A stretch of DNA of 64,000 nucleotides from an uncultured Gemmatimonadales bacterium (GCA_963836815.1 CAWILD010000012.1:473812-537811), one strand, 5' to 3'; shown: positions 31,797 through 40,389, counted from the stretch's first letter. Notes: generated from the sequence alone by a model not told the origin. Made by a program: numbers and translations.

Positions 31797-32710
31797 AGAT
31801 CTCGGCCCAGCTCCGCCGGTGGCCGCACCCGCCCGACCAGACCGGCGAGCGCCAGCAGGATCAGCACGTAGGGCAACATCAGAAAGAGCTGGTAGGGCAA
31901 GTCCACGCCCACTGCCTGGAAGAGGTATTGAAGCGCCGTCGCCGCGCCGAAGAGAAGCGCCGCGATCCCGACGCCCGCCGGATGCCAGCGGCCCAGCACC
32001 ACAATGGCGATCGCCACGAACCCCCTGCCGGCCGTCATCCGCTCGGCGAACGTTCCCACCTGGGCCAGGACCAACGTCGCGCCCGCGAGACCGCCGAACG
32101 CGCCCCCGATCACCGTCGCGAGAGTCCTCAAGGCACGAGTTGGAACCCCAGTCGCGTGGGCCGTCGCGCCGGCCTCCCCGGTCGCGCGCAGGGCCAGGCC
32201 GACTTTGGTGCGGAAGAGGAACCACCAGGCCAACGGCAACGCGAGCAAGGCGAGATAGGTCGGCGCGGGCTGTCGGAACAGCGCCTCACCGATCACGGGA
32301 ATGTTCGCGAGCCCGGGGACCGGCACCTCGGCGAGCGTCGGCAGGTCGAGTCCCGCTCCGCCCACCCCATAGGCCTGGCGGTAGATCGTTCCGGTGAGGC
32401 CGATGGCGGCCAGCGTGATCGCGGTGCCGGTGATGATCTGATTGGCTCGTGCGCCGATCGCCACGGCCGCGAAGACGAGTGCCAGCGCGACCCCCGTGAG
32501 CACCGCCAACAGCACTCCGGTCCACGGCCCCGCGGCGCTCGCTCCCAGCGTCGCCGCCAGCGCGCCCGCCAGCATCATCCCCTCCAGGCCGAGATTGATG
32601 ATGCCGGAGCGCTCCGTGATCGTTTCGCCCGTCGCGGCCAGCAGCAGCGGCGTCGCGACCCGCACCGCTGCCGCGAGGAAGCCCCCGAGCACCAGCAGGA
32701 GCTCGTCCAT
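31793..32710 (-). CDS. ABC transporter permease (BMP/nucleoside-type importer)
   Basis: Tail of ORF 31793..33358(-) from ATG 32710 (MDELLLVLGG..). Motifs ERSGIINLGLEGMML and ..RATGE..A....G. Confidence 0.85.
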   Translation of the reverse strand: MDELLLVLGGFLAAAVRVATPLLLAATGETITERSGIINLGLEGMMLAGALAATLGASAAGPWTGVLLAVLTGVALALVFAAVAIGARANQIITGTAITLAAIGLTGTIYRQAYGVGGAGLDLPTLAEVPVPGLANIPVIGEALFRQPAPTYLALLALPLAWWFLFRTKVGLALRATGEAGATAHATGVPTRALRTLATVIGGAFGGLAGATLVLAQVGTFAERMTAGRGFVAIAIVVLGRWHPAGVGIAALLFGAATALQYLFQAVGVDLPYQLFLMLPYVLILLALAGLVGRVRPPAELGRDL

Positions 32711-33717
32711 CAGGCCCGACGCTTCGCCGCGTCGGCGAGCACCACGACCAGGATCACGATCGCCTCCACCACGTAGACCGCGACTGCCGGAACCCCGGCG
32801 TCGCGCTGCATCGCCGCCGCGCCCGCCTCGAGCGCTCCGAAAAGCAGACCCGTCGCGATCACTCCCAGTGGGTCGAGCCGCGCGAGGAGCGCCACGGCGA
32901 TCGCGGTGAACCCGTAGCCGGGCGAGAGATTCTGAAAGAGGGCATAGGACACCCCGGCGACTTCGACCGCCCCCGCCACGCCCGCGATGGCACCGGAGGC
33001 CAGCAACGCGACCGCGGCCACCCGACGCGCGTCGATGCGACCGCTGATTTCCGCGGCTCGCGGGCCGGCGCCGACGGCGCGGAGCCGGAAGCCCCAGATG
33101 GTCCGGCGGAACACATACTCCAGGGCGACGGCACCGAGGAGCGCCAGCAGGATCCCCGCATGAAGGCGCCCCGTCAGCAGGGGGAGCCGGGCGGCGGCCG
33201 GGATCATGTCGCTCTGAGGGTAGATCCCCTGTCTCTCCTGGAGTGGGCCCTGCACCATGAGGCTGACGAGTGACTCGGCCACGAAGTTGAGGACCAGCGT
33301 GCTGATGACTTCGATCACGCCGAACCGCACTTGGAGCCAGACGGGAAGTGCCACCCACAGCATGCCGGCGACCGCGCCGCCGAGCAGCACGGCCGGCACG
33401 GCGATAACCGAGGGAAGGGAACCGGCGTGCAGTCCGATCCAGGTCGCCGCGATCGCGCCGGCGTAGAACTGCCCCTCGGCCCCGATGTTGAACACCCCGC
33501 CGCGGAAGGCGAGCGCGATCCCCAAGCCGATGATGATGAGCGGGACCGCCCTCACGAGGGTGGCCGAGGTGAGCGCGTACCAGGAGCCGAATGCCCCGTT
33601 CCAGAGCGCGCCGAGCGCCGCGAGCGCATCGAACCCGGCCAGCTGGAGTCCGATGGCGAGCACCGCGATGCCGAGGGCGATCGCCGCCACGGCGACGCCG
33701 ACACCCCTGAAGCGCAC
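32710..33717 (-). CDS. ABC transporter permease (BMP/nucleoside-type importer)
   Basis: Intact 335-aa ORF. FNIGAEGQFYAGA motif, about 9 TM helices. Its stop shares 1 nt with the next start (TGATG). Confidence 0.85.
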   Translation of the reverse strand: MRFRGVGVAVAAIALGIAVLAIGLQLAGFDALAALGALWNGAFGSWYALTSATLVRAVPLIIIGLGIALAFRGGVFNIGAEGQFYAGAIAATWIGLHAGSLPSVIAVPAVLLGGAVAGMLWVALPVWLQVRFGVIEVISTLVLNFVAESLVSLMVQGPLQERQGIYPQSDMIPAAARLPLLTGRLHAGILLALLGAVALEYVFRRTIWGFRLRAVGAGPRAAEISGRIDARRVAAVALLASGAIAGVAGAVEVAGVSYALFQNLSPGYGFTAIAVALLARLDPLGVIATGLLFGALEAGAAAMQRDAGVPAVAVYVVEAIVILVVVLADAAKRRA

Positions 33718-33724
33718 CTGCCCG

Positions 33725-35179
33725 CTACCGAGTGCCCGCGAGCATCAACCCGCCGATTTCGGTGCGGGACGCCCCTGGAGGTACGCCGAGCAACGTACCG
33801 CGAGCCAGCACGACGATCCTATGAGACAGGGCGACCACTTCGTCCAGATCGCTCGAGTACACAAGCACGGCCGCTCCCTGCTCGGCGGTGTCGCGGAGTC
33901 GCCGGTGGATCTCCACCGAGGCCCGGACGTCGAGGCCGCGCGTCGGGTTCTCCGCGACGACGACCGCCGGCCTGCGGGCCAGCTCCCTGGCCACAACGAC
34001 CTTCTGCTGGTTGCCGCCGCTGAGCGAGGAGGCCGGCACATCCGGATCCGAGGCGACGATGCCATATGCCTCGAGCAGCTCACCGGTCCGGGCCCGAGCT
34101 GCGCGCCAGTCTACTCGGCGGGCCGCCATCCAGGGATCGTCGGGTTCCGAGGCGAGGACCACGTTCTCGACCAGGGAAAACTCGGGAATCAGGCCTTCGG
34201 ATGTACGATCCTCCGGAATGAAGCCGATCGGGGCCGCCACCTCGAGGCGGCCCCGCAGCGGGCGGATCCTTCCCGCGATCGCCCGCAGCAGCTCGCGCTG
34301 GCCGTTCCCTTCGACCGCCGCTACGCCCACGATTTCCCCCGCGAACACCGAGAGGGATGCCCCGCGCACGGCGATGCCCAGGCCGCTCTCGCGGGAGATG
34401 TCGAGGGATTCTCCGTGCACCAGAAGGCGATCACCAACCGCTCCCCGGGCAGGCGGCGGCATAGCGACTTCGCCGCCGATCATCGCCTCCGTCAGTGTGG
34501 CCGGAGACCAGTCCGCCGCGGGGCCGCTGCCGACAACCCTTCCCCTGCGAAGCACGGTGACGCTGTCCGCGGCCGAGAGCGCCTCGTCCAGCTTGTGGGT
34601 GATGAGTACCGCCGCTCCTCCCTCGCTCGTGAACCGTCTGACCATCTGGAGAAATTCTTCGACCTCGGCCGGGGCGAGCACCGCCGTCGGCTCGTCGAGC
34701 AGGAGAATCCGGGCGTCGGCCGCCAGCGCCTTCACGATCTCGAGCCGCTGCTTGAGCCCGACGCTGAGCCGGCCGGCACGCTCGTCGGGATCGAGTGGGA
34801 GACCGACACGGTCGCACAGATCACGCACTCGGCGGCGCAAGGCCGCCGGCGTGACCGGCCATCCCGCGGCGAGCGCGACGTTCTCCGCCACGCTGAAGGC
34901 GGGCACCGAAGTGAAGTGCTGGTGAACCATCCCGATGCCCTGCGCCCTGGCGTTCTGGGGAGAATGCCTGCTCACGTCGGCGCCGCCGATCGAGATGGTG
35001 CCGGCGTCCGGGTGAACCAGGCCGTACGCCACGTGCATGAGGGTGGTCTTGCCGGCTCCGTTCTCTCCCAGGAGCGCGTGTAATTCTCCGGGCATCAGCG
35101 TGAAATCGGCCCCGCGCAGTGCGTGCACGGAGCCGAAGTGCTTATGAATGCCCGTGAGTTGCAGGGCAGGCTTGGTCAC
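33725..35179 (-). CDS. ABC transporter ATP-binding protein (duplicated NBD)
   Basis: In ORF 33725..35578(-), GTG 35179 overlaps the NIF3 stop (GTGA). NBD1 has GENGAGKTT, LSVGLKQR and LLLDEPT. NBD2 has VEGNGQ, LSGGNQQK and VVAENPTRGLD. Confidence 0.9.
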   Translation of the reverse strand: MTKPALQLTGIHKHFGSVHALRGADFTLMPGELHALLGENGAGKTTLMHVAYGLVHPDAGTISIGGADVSRHSPQNARAQGIGMVHQHFTSVPAFSVAENVALAAGWPVTPAALRRRVRDLCDRVGLPLDPDERAGRLSVGLKQRLEIVKALAADARILLLDEPTAVLAPAEVEEFLQMVRRFTSEGGAAVLITHKLDEALSAADSVTVLRRGRVVGSGPAADWSPATLTEAMIGGEVAMPPPARGAVGDRLLVHGESLDISRESGLGIAVRGASLSVFAGEIVGVAAVEGNGQRELLRAIAGRIRPLRGRLEVAAPIGFIPEDRTSEGLIPEFSLVENVVLASEPDDPWMAARRVDWRAARARTGELLEAYGIVASDPDVPASSLSGGNQQKVVVARELARRPAVVVAENPTRGLDVRASVEIHRRLRDTAEQGAAVLVYSSDLDEVVALSHRIVVLARGTLLGVPPGASRTEIGGLMLAGTR

Positions 35180-35964
35180 AGACCGGTCGGGTGGTCGTGA
35201 AATTCCCAGTCGAGGTCGAACCGTTCGGCGAGATGGGAGGCCAGTGCCTGCACGCCGAGGGTCTCGGTGGCGTAGTGCCCGGCGTAGATCACGTTGAGGC
35301 CCCACTCGGTCGCATCGAAGTAACTGTGATGAGGCCCCTCCCCCGTGATGTAGGTGTCGAGGCCCGCTTCCCGGGCCGCGGAGATCATGCTGCCGGCGCT
35401 GCCGGTGATGATCCCGACCCGGCCGACCTTCTCGGGACCACCGGGAATGAGCCGCGCACCCGGAGCGAACGTGCCCAGCGCGTGATTGAGCTCGCCCACG
35501 AGCGCTTCCCGCGTGCTCCAGCGCGAGGGCGCGTAGCCCCACACTCCCAGCGCGCTCCCTTTGTAGTCGCCGAACCATCCTTCGACCTCGACGCCCAGGC
35601 GCTCGGCCAGCACGACGTTGTTGCCGACTTCCGGGTGCAGATCGAGGGGTATGTGGGCGGAGTAGAGTGCGACATCGTTCTCGATGAGACCGGAGAGCCG
35701 CCGATACCGCCGCCCGGTCACCGGGACATTCCCCTCCCAGAACAGCCCGTGATGCACGAGCAGGAGAGGCTGCCCTCCGGCCGCGATGACACCGTCGATG
35801 GTCGCCTGGGAAGCATCCACGGCCGCCACGATGCTGTCCACCGTTCCGCTATTCTCGACCTGAAGGCCGTTGACCGCGTTCCGCTCGTCGGCGGTCTCGC
35901 GGATGCGAAGGTATTCGTCGAGGTACGAGACGATCTCGGCCAGGCGAACAGAGGCCACGGTCAC
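35176..35964 (-). CDS. NIF3-family (GTP cyclohydrolase 1 type 2 homolog) dinuclear-metal protein
   Basis: Intact 262-aa ORF. Motifs NGLQVEN, LLLVHHGLFW, YSAHIPLD, ITGEGPHH and GHYATE are typical of NIF3/YbgI/YqfO. Confidence 0.85.
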   Translation of the reverse strand: MTVASVRLAEIVSYLDEYLRIRETADERNAVNGLQVENSGTVDSIVAAVDASQATIDGVIAAGGQPLLLVHHGLFWEGNVPVTGRRYRRLSGLIENDVALYSAHIPLDLHPEVGNNVVLAERLGVEVEGWFGDYKGSALGVWGYAPSRWSTREALVGELNHALGTFAPGARLIPGGPEKVGRVGIITGSAGSMISAAREAGLDTYITGEGPHHSYFDATEWGLNVIYAGHYATETLGVQALASHLAERFDLDWEFHDHPTGL

Positions 35965-36956
35965 GCCTGCATAGAGGAGGGACGCGGCGCCGCCTGCAGC
36001 TTGCCGGCCGCGATGCTGTCGGCGGCGGCCTTGACCCGCGACTTGAGAGTGGCGGGAACGAGGCTGTCCAGGGACGGGTTCGGCTGGTAGCGAACGACCC
36101 CGCTCTCCAGACCGAACGCCTCGACCTTGGGGTGGTAGGTGCCCGCCTTCACCTCCTTGGCCACCAGGAGGAAGGCTCGTGGCAGGTCGATGATGGCACT
36201 GCCGAGCACCCGGTCAGGCGCGAGCCGCGACTGGTCGGCGTTCGAGCCGAAGACGTACACCCCCGGGCGCTCCTTCGCAGCTTGAAAGAGACCGAGTGCC
36301 GCGGCGTCCGCGTTGTGGTGGAACATGTCGGCTCCGGCCCTCATGAGGGCCAGGGCCGCCTCCCGGCCTGCGGATGCATCGTCGAAGCTGTTGAGGTAGA
36401 TCTTCCGCGACTGGACCCTGGCATTCACCGCCTTCGCGCCGTTCACCCAGCCCTGGTAGGCCGCCTCGATGGGTGGCAGCTCGATCCCGCCGACGAAACC
36501 CAGCAGGCCGGTGTGCGTCAGACCGCCGGCGATCATGCCCGCCAGATAGCTGGCCTCCTCCAGCCGGAAGATCAGCGGGGCGACGTTCCCCTGGACCCGC
36601 CTTCCCGAAGTGATGATGAACCGGGTCTTGGGGTACTGGGCCGACACCCGCTCCGCCGCGTCCTGGAACTCGAAGCCGTGCGCGAAGACCAGGTCGTATC
36701 CCTGCGCCGCGTAGGCACGCAACGCCTCGTCCTGCTCCGCCGGCGTCCGAGCCTCGACATGGCTCACCTCCAGGCCTAGCGAATCCCGGATCTGCTCCAG
36801 TCCCTGGTAGGCCCCGGAATTCCAGGCGGCGTCGGCGATGGACCCGGGCGTGATGAGCCCGACCCGAATTCCCGTGGCTGCCTGGGGCCGGGTGCAACCT
36901 GATAACGCCACCATAATGACAGCAAGGAGCCACAACCAAGGCATCGGGGGTATCAA
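35961..36956 (-). CDS. BMP-family ABC transporter substrate-binding lipoprotein
   Basis: Intact 331-aa ORF. Lipobox VALSGC. PnrA/Med-like pattern GLITPGSIADAAWN..GYDLVFAHGFEF..GFVGGIELPPI. Confidence 0.85.
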   Translation of the reverse strand: MIPPMPWLWLLAVIMVALSGCTRPQAATGIRVGLITPGSIADAAWNSGAYQGLEQIRDSLGLEVSHVEARTPAEQDEALRAYAAQGYDLVFAHGFEFQDAAERVSAQYPKTRFIITSGRRVQGNVAPLIFRLEEASYLAGMIAGGLTHTGLLGFVGGIELPPIEAAYQGWVNGAKAVNARVQSRKIYLNSFDDASAGREAALALMRAGADMFHHNADAAALGLFQAAKERPGVYVFGSNADQSRLAPDRVLGSAIIDLPRAFLLVAKEVKAGTYHPKVEAFGLESGVVRYQPNPSLDSLVPATLKSRVKAAADSIAAGKLQAAPRPSSMQA

Positions 36957-37024
36957 TCTTGTAGCTGCAGTGTCAAAAGGCCCCTATTTCCACATACTTA
37001 GGCCATATATCAACCTTTGTGGAA

Positions 37025-37444
37025 TCAGCCGGCGGTGCTCGCGGCTCCGGACACCCCGCTGGAGTCCATCTTCACCTCGCCGGTGACCCGGGCCCCTTCC
37101 ACGATTGCAATCCTTGGTGTGAGGATGTCGCCGTTGACGACGGCGGTCGCCTGGAGCTCGACCCGTTCGCGGGCATGGATCCCTCCGCTTACCTGGCCGG
37201 CGATGACCGCCTCCTGGGTATGCAGGTCGCCCTCGATCACGGCCCCCGCCGCCACCAGCACCTGGGCGCCGACCCGGACCGTGCCCTTCACCCGGCCCTC
37301 CACCCGGACCACCCCCTCGGTCTCGAGATCACCCACCACGGTCATGTCACTGGCGATGATCGAGAACGGTATCTGATCGGTCCGGCGTCGCCGGAGCTCG
37401 TTGCCCTGTTCGTCCCGCGCCGCATTGGAGAAGATCCCCATCAC
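37025..37444 (-). CDS. bactofilin
   Basis: 139-aa ORF. DUF583 beta-helix repeats (VVGDLETEGVVRVEGRVKGTVRVGAQVLVAAGAVIEGDLHTQEAVIAGQVSGGI..) with disordered termini. It overlaps the M23 stop. Confidence 0.85.
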   Translation of the reverse strand: MMGIFSNAARDEQGNELRRRRTDQIPFSIIASDMTVVGDLETEGVVRVEGRVKGTVRVGAQVLVAAGAVIEGDLHTQEAVIAGQVSGGIHARERVELQATAVVNGDILTPRIAIVEGARVTGEVKMDSSGVSGAASTAG

Positions 37445-38232
37445 GCCCCCTGTTTGACCATGGTTCTGGGATCCAGCGCCGTGCCACCCTGCCGGATCTC
37501 GAAGTGGAGATGCGGAGCCGTGGAGCGTCCGCTGTTGCCGCTCAGTCCTATCGCCTCCCGCTGCGAAACCGTGTTTCCGGTGGTCACGAGAATCCGGGAG
37601 AGGTGGCCGTACATCGTTTGATAGCCCTGCGGGTGGTCCAGCAGAACGAACAGTCCGTACTCCGGGTCCTCACCGACCTGGTTGACCGTGGCACCCCCGG
37701 AAGCGCGGACGATCGTCCCCGTGGCCACCGCGATATCGAGTCCGGGGTGTGCCTCATCCGAGCCGCCGGTCCCCACCTGTCCGCGCGTCACGTAGCCGGG
37801 CTCATCCAGTGGCCAGCTGCGCGGCGCGCTGGGCCCCTCGTCGGTCGTAAGGGATCCCGGGGCTCGGGCGTAGACGGCCGGCGCGAGCGGGAGGGGCGAG
37901 GCGAGCGCGAGGGGGTCGCGCACGATATCCGCCCCGATCATCTGCCGCACCTGGGAATACCCTTGCTCCGCGCTGTCGAGGGCGGCCGACAGCTCGCGCA
38001 CCTTCGAGTTGTCCGCCTCGAGCCGGGCAACCTGTCGCTCGAGTCCGGGCACCCGGGCGGCGGCGCGCACGATAGGAAGGTAGAAACCGGCGAGAAGGCC
38101 CACGGCGACCAGCAGAACGGCCCCGCCGAGGACGCCGAGTCGCAGGTTCCAACGCGAAATACGGACGGTCCGGGACCGCGTCGCCCCGTCCCGCTGGATG
38201 ACGATCGTGACACCCCGGGCCGTGGGCTTCAT
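37441..38232 (-). CDS. M23/LytM-family peptidase with N-terminal TM helix and coiled coil
   Basis: 263-aa ORF. HPGLD (HxxxD) and PHLHFE (HxH) are intact. The N-terminal anchor is LGVLGGAVLLVAVGLLAGF. ATGA overlaps the parB stop. Confidence 0.85.
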   Translation of the reverse strand: MKPTARGVTIVIQRDGATRSRTVRISRWNLRLGVLGGAVLLVAVGLLAGFYLPIVRAAARVPGLERQVARLEADNSKVRELSAALDSAEQGYSQVRQMIGADIVRDPLALASPLPLAPAVYARAPGSLTTDEGPSAPRSWPLDEPGYVTRGQVGTGGSDEAHPGLDIAVATGTIVRASGGATVNQVGEDPEYGLFVLLDHPQGYQTMYGHLSRILVTTGNTVSQREAIGLSGNSGRSTAPHLHFEIRQGGTALDPRTMVKQGA

Positions 38233-39122
38233 CCCTGGTACGGCGCGCCGAGGATCAGCTCGAGCAGGCGGGCGAGATCGTCGTTGGAGTAGTAACTGAC
38301 GGTGAGAAAGCCACGACCGCGCCGCCGGCTGGTGACGCGTACGTCGGTGCCGAGATGCTTGCGCAGCGCGTCTTCGATCCGCTTCGCGTCGGCGGGCGTG
38401 GTGCCGCGCTGGGATCTCCGGGTGGCGGACCGCTCCTGGGGCGACGGGGATCCATCCTTCTGTCCGGCGACCACCGCCTCCATCTCCCGCACCGACCAGC
38501 CCTGCGCCGCGGCCTCCCGCGCCAGTTGGAGCATTCGCTGCTGGTCGCCGACGGCGAGCAGGGCTCGGGCATGACCTTCGGAGAGATCGCCCTGGTGCAC
38601 CATCGCCTGGATCTCTTCGGGCAGTTGCAGCAGGCGCATCAGGTTGGCGACGGTCGAGCGGTTGCGGCCGACGGTGCGGGCGATCTCGCTTTGGGGCAGG
38701 CGGAATTCATCGCCCAACCGGCGATAGCCCTTCGCCTCGTCGATCGGCGACAGATCGTCGCGCTGCAGGTTCTCTATCAGTGCGAGGGTGAGCAGCGTCT
38801 GATCGTCCGCGTCCCGCACGACCGCGGGGATCTTGCTCCACCCGAGCCGCTCGGCGGCGCGCCAGCGGCGCTCGCCGGCGATGATCTCGTAGGCCCCCTC
38901 CCGCGGCCGAACGATCACCGGTTGCAGCAGGCCCGACGCTTCGATCGAGGCCGTGAGCTCGGCCAGCGCGGTTTCGTCGAGGCTGGTGCGCGGCTGATAG
39001 GGGTTCGGCCGGAGACTCGACAGCGGCAACTCCCGCAGCGCCCCGGATTCCTCGGCCGCCTCCCGGGAGACCGGGCCGAGCAAAGCTTCGAGGCCGCGTC
39101 CGAGCCGCTTGGTCTCGCTCAT
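38229..39122 (-). CDS. parB: chromosome partitioning protein ParB
   Basis: 297-aa ORF. Motifs GRGLEALLG, the CTP-binding box GERRWRAA and an HTH region. ATGA overlaps the parA stop. Confidence 0.95.
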   Translation of the reverse strand: MSETKRLGRGLEALLGPVSREAAEESGALRELPLSSLRPNPYQPRTSLDETALAELTASIEASGLLQPVIVRPREGAYEIIAGERRWRAAERLGWSKIPAVVRDADDQTLLTLALIENLQRDDLSPIDEAKGYRRLGDEFRLPQSEIARTVGRNRSTVANLMRLLQLPEEIQAMVHQGDLSEGHARALLAVGDQQRMLQLAREAAAQGWSVREMEAVVAGQKDGSPSPQERSATRRSQRGTTPADAKRIEDALRKHLGTDVRVTSRRRGRGFLTVSYYSNDDLARLLELILGAPYQG

Positions 39123-40000
39123 GTCGTCACCTCCGACTCCGGCTCGGGCGGGATCGAAGCGGCCGATGGGGCCTCATCGATGGGTTCGATGATTGGAGGG
39201 GCGAGCGTCGGCGCGAACTCTTCTGCTCCCGAGTTCTCGACCCGCCGCATCAGCTCCTGGGCGACCGCGATATAGCTCTTGGCGCCGACGGATTGCACGT
39301 CATAGAGCAGGATCGGCTTGCCGAAGCTCGGTGCTTCGGCAAGCCGGACGTTTCGGGGAATTGCGGTGATGAACATCTTGGCCCCGAAGTACTCCTTTGC
39401 ATCCTCCGCCACCTGACGGCAGAGATTGAGACGCGAGTCGTACATCGTGAGGAGGACACCGCTGATGGCCAGCCCCGGGTTGAAATTCTGCTGGACCAGT
39501 CGGATGGTGTTCAGCAGCTGCGAAATTCCTTCCAGACCGTAGTACTCGCACTGAATCGGGATGAGCACCGCATTGGCGCACGCGAGCACGTTGAGCGTGA
39601 GGAGGCCCAGCGACGGTGGGCAGTCGAGGACGATGTAGTCGTAATCTCCCTGAAGCTGCTCGGCCACGCCGCGCAGCGCTCGCTCGCGGCCGGGGCGATC
39701 CACCAGCTGCAACTCCGCGCCGACGAGATCCTGAGTGGAGGGGAGGACCGAGAGATGCGGCAGCCCGGCGACGGGGAGCACACTTTCGCGCGGGTCGCGG
39801 CCCTCGACCAGAGAGTCGTACAGCGAGTTCTCGAGCTCGTGCTTGGCGACGCCCAGGCCGCTGGTGGCGTTGCCCTGCGGGTCGGCATCGAGCAGCAGGG
39901 TGCGCCGTTCGGCGACGGCTAGCGCGGCGGCGAGGTTGACCGCGGTTGTGGTCTTTCCGACGCCGCCCTTCTGATTGGCGATGGCGATTATATGGGCCAT
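39119..40000 (-). CDS. parA: chromosome partitioning ATPase ParA/Soj with a Pro/Glu-rich C-terminal tail
   Basis: ORF 39119..40039(-), start set to ATG 40000 (MAHIIAIANQKGGVGKTTT, deviant Walker A). About 40 extra C-terminal residues. Confidence 0.95.
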   Translation of the reverse strand: MAHIIAIANQKGGVGKTTTAVNLAAALAVAERRTLLLDADPQGNATSGLGVAKHELENSLYDSLVEGRDPRESVLPVAGLPHLSVLPSTQDLVGAELQLVDRPGRERALRGVAEQLQGDYDYIVLDCPPSLGLLTLNVLACANAVLIPIQCEYYGLEGISQLLNTIRLVQQNFNPGLAISGVLLTMYDSRLNLCRQVAEDAKEYFGAKMFITAIPRNVRLAEAPSFGKPILLYDVQSVGAKSYIAVAQELMRRVENSGAEEFAPTLAPPIIEPIDEAPSAASIPPEPESEVTT

Positions 40001-40011
40001 GGGATCCCGGT

Positions 40012-40048
40012 TAGCTGTAAGTGGTTTAGAAACAAACACTTACAGCTA
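40012..40048 (-). promoter_or_regulatory. 12-bp-stem hairpin/palindrome in the parA leader
   Basis: TAGCTGTAAGTG (40012-40023) pairs with CACTTACAGCTA (40037-40048) around a 13-nt AT-rich loop. It ends 12 nt upstream of the parA ATG. Function unknown. Confidence 0.4.
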
Positions 40049-40092
40049 TTATGGTCAGGTGTTGTCTGCACGGGGGTGACGTAGACTCGAAG

Positions 40093-40121
40093 AATATAGC
40101 GAAGCTTGCAGCGGCACGAAA
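40093..40121 (-). promoter_or_regulatory. putative parA promoter
   Basis: On the minus strand: TTTCGT (40121-40116), 17 nt, then TATATT (40098-40093). The -35 element abuts parS-1. Confidence 0.3.
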
Positions 40122-40127
40122 CACCGT

Positions 40128-40143
40128 TGTTTCACGTGAAACT
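40128..40143. promoter_or_regulatory. parS centromere-like site 1
   Basis: TGTTTCACGTGAAACT matches the parS consensus TGTTNCACGTGAAACA at 15/16. The 14-bp core GTTTCACGTGAAAC is a perfect palindrome. Confidence 0.85.
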
Positions 40144-40306
40144 TGCCTCGTCCCGGATTCGCGCATGGGTCCCAATAGGCATGATCGGCGCCCGCGGCCA
40201 GTGTGGCAGGTTTGGGCGGCTGCCTGGTCCGGATGGATCGCCCTGGGGGACCCGTGACTCTGGGCTGGTAGCCCGCTCCGCAGACGGGCTGGGGTTCCGA
40301 GAACTG

Positions 40307-40330
40307 AAAACGCCGCCTGAGGGCGGCGTT
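40307..40330 (-). terminator. rho-independent terminator of mnmG
   Basis: On the minus strand: AACGCCGCC-CTCA-GGCGGCGTT followed by TTCAGTTCTC (a run of four T across the junction). It lies 60-80 nt after the mnmG stop. Confidence 0.6.
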
Positions 40331-40359
40331 GGATCTGGGGTCCTGCTGGGGTCGAAATG

Positions 40360-40375
40360 TGTTTCACGTGAAACT
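40360..40375. promoter_or_regulatory. parS centromere-like site 2
   Basis: The 16-mer TGTTTCACGTGAAACT is identical to site 1. It lies 15 nt downstream of the mnmG stop. Confidence 0.85.
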
Positions 40376-40389
40376 GGCACTGAAGGTCT

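Noticed and set aside
36985-37030. DnaA-box-like TTTCCACA / GTGGAAT pair, and the AT-rich 49308-49573 island, as candidate oriC.
   Set aside because: There are only one or two degenerate boxes, no cluster of TTATCCACA-like sites, no dnaA/dnaN nearby and no recognisable DNA-unwinding element repeats. parS presence indicates origin proximity, not the origin itself.
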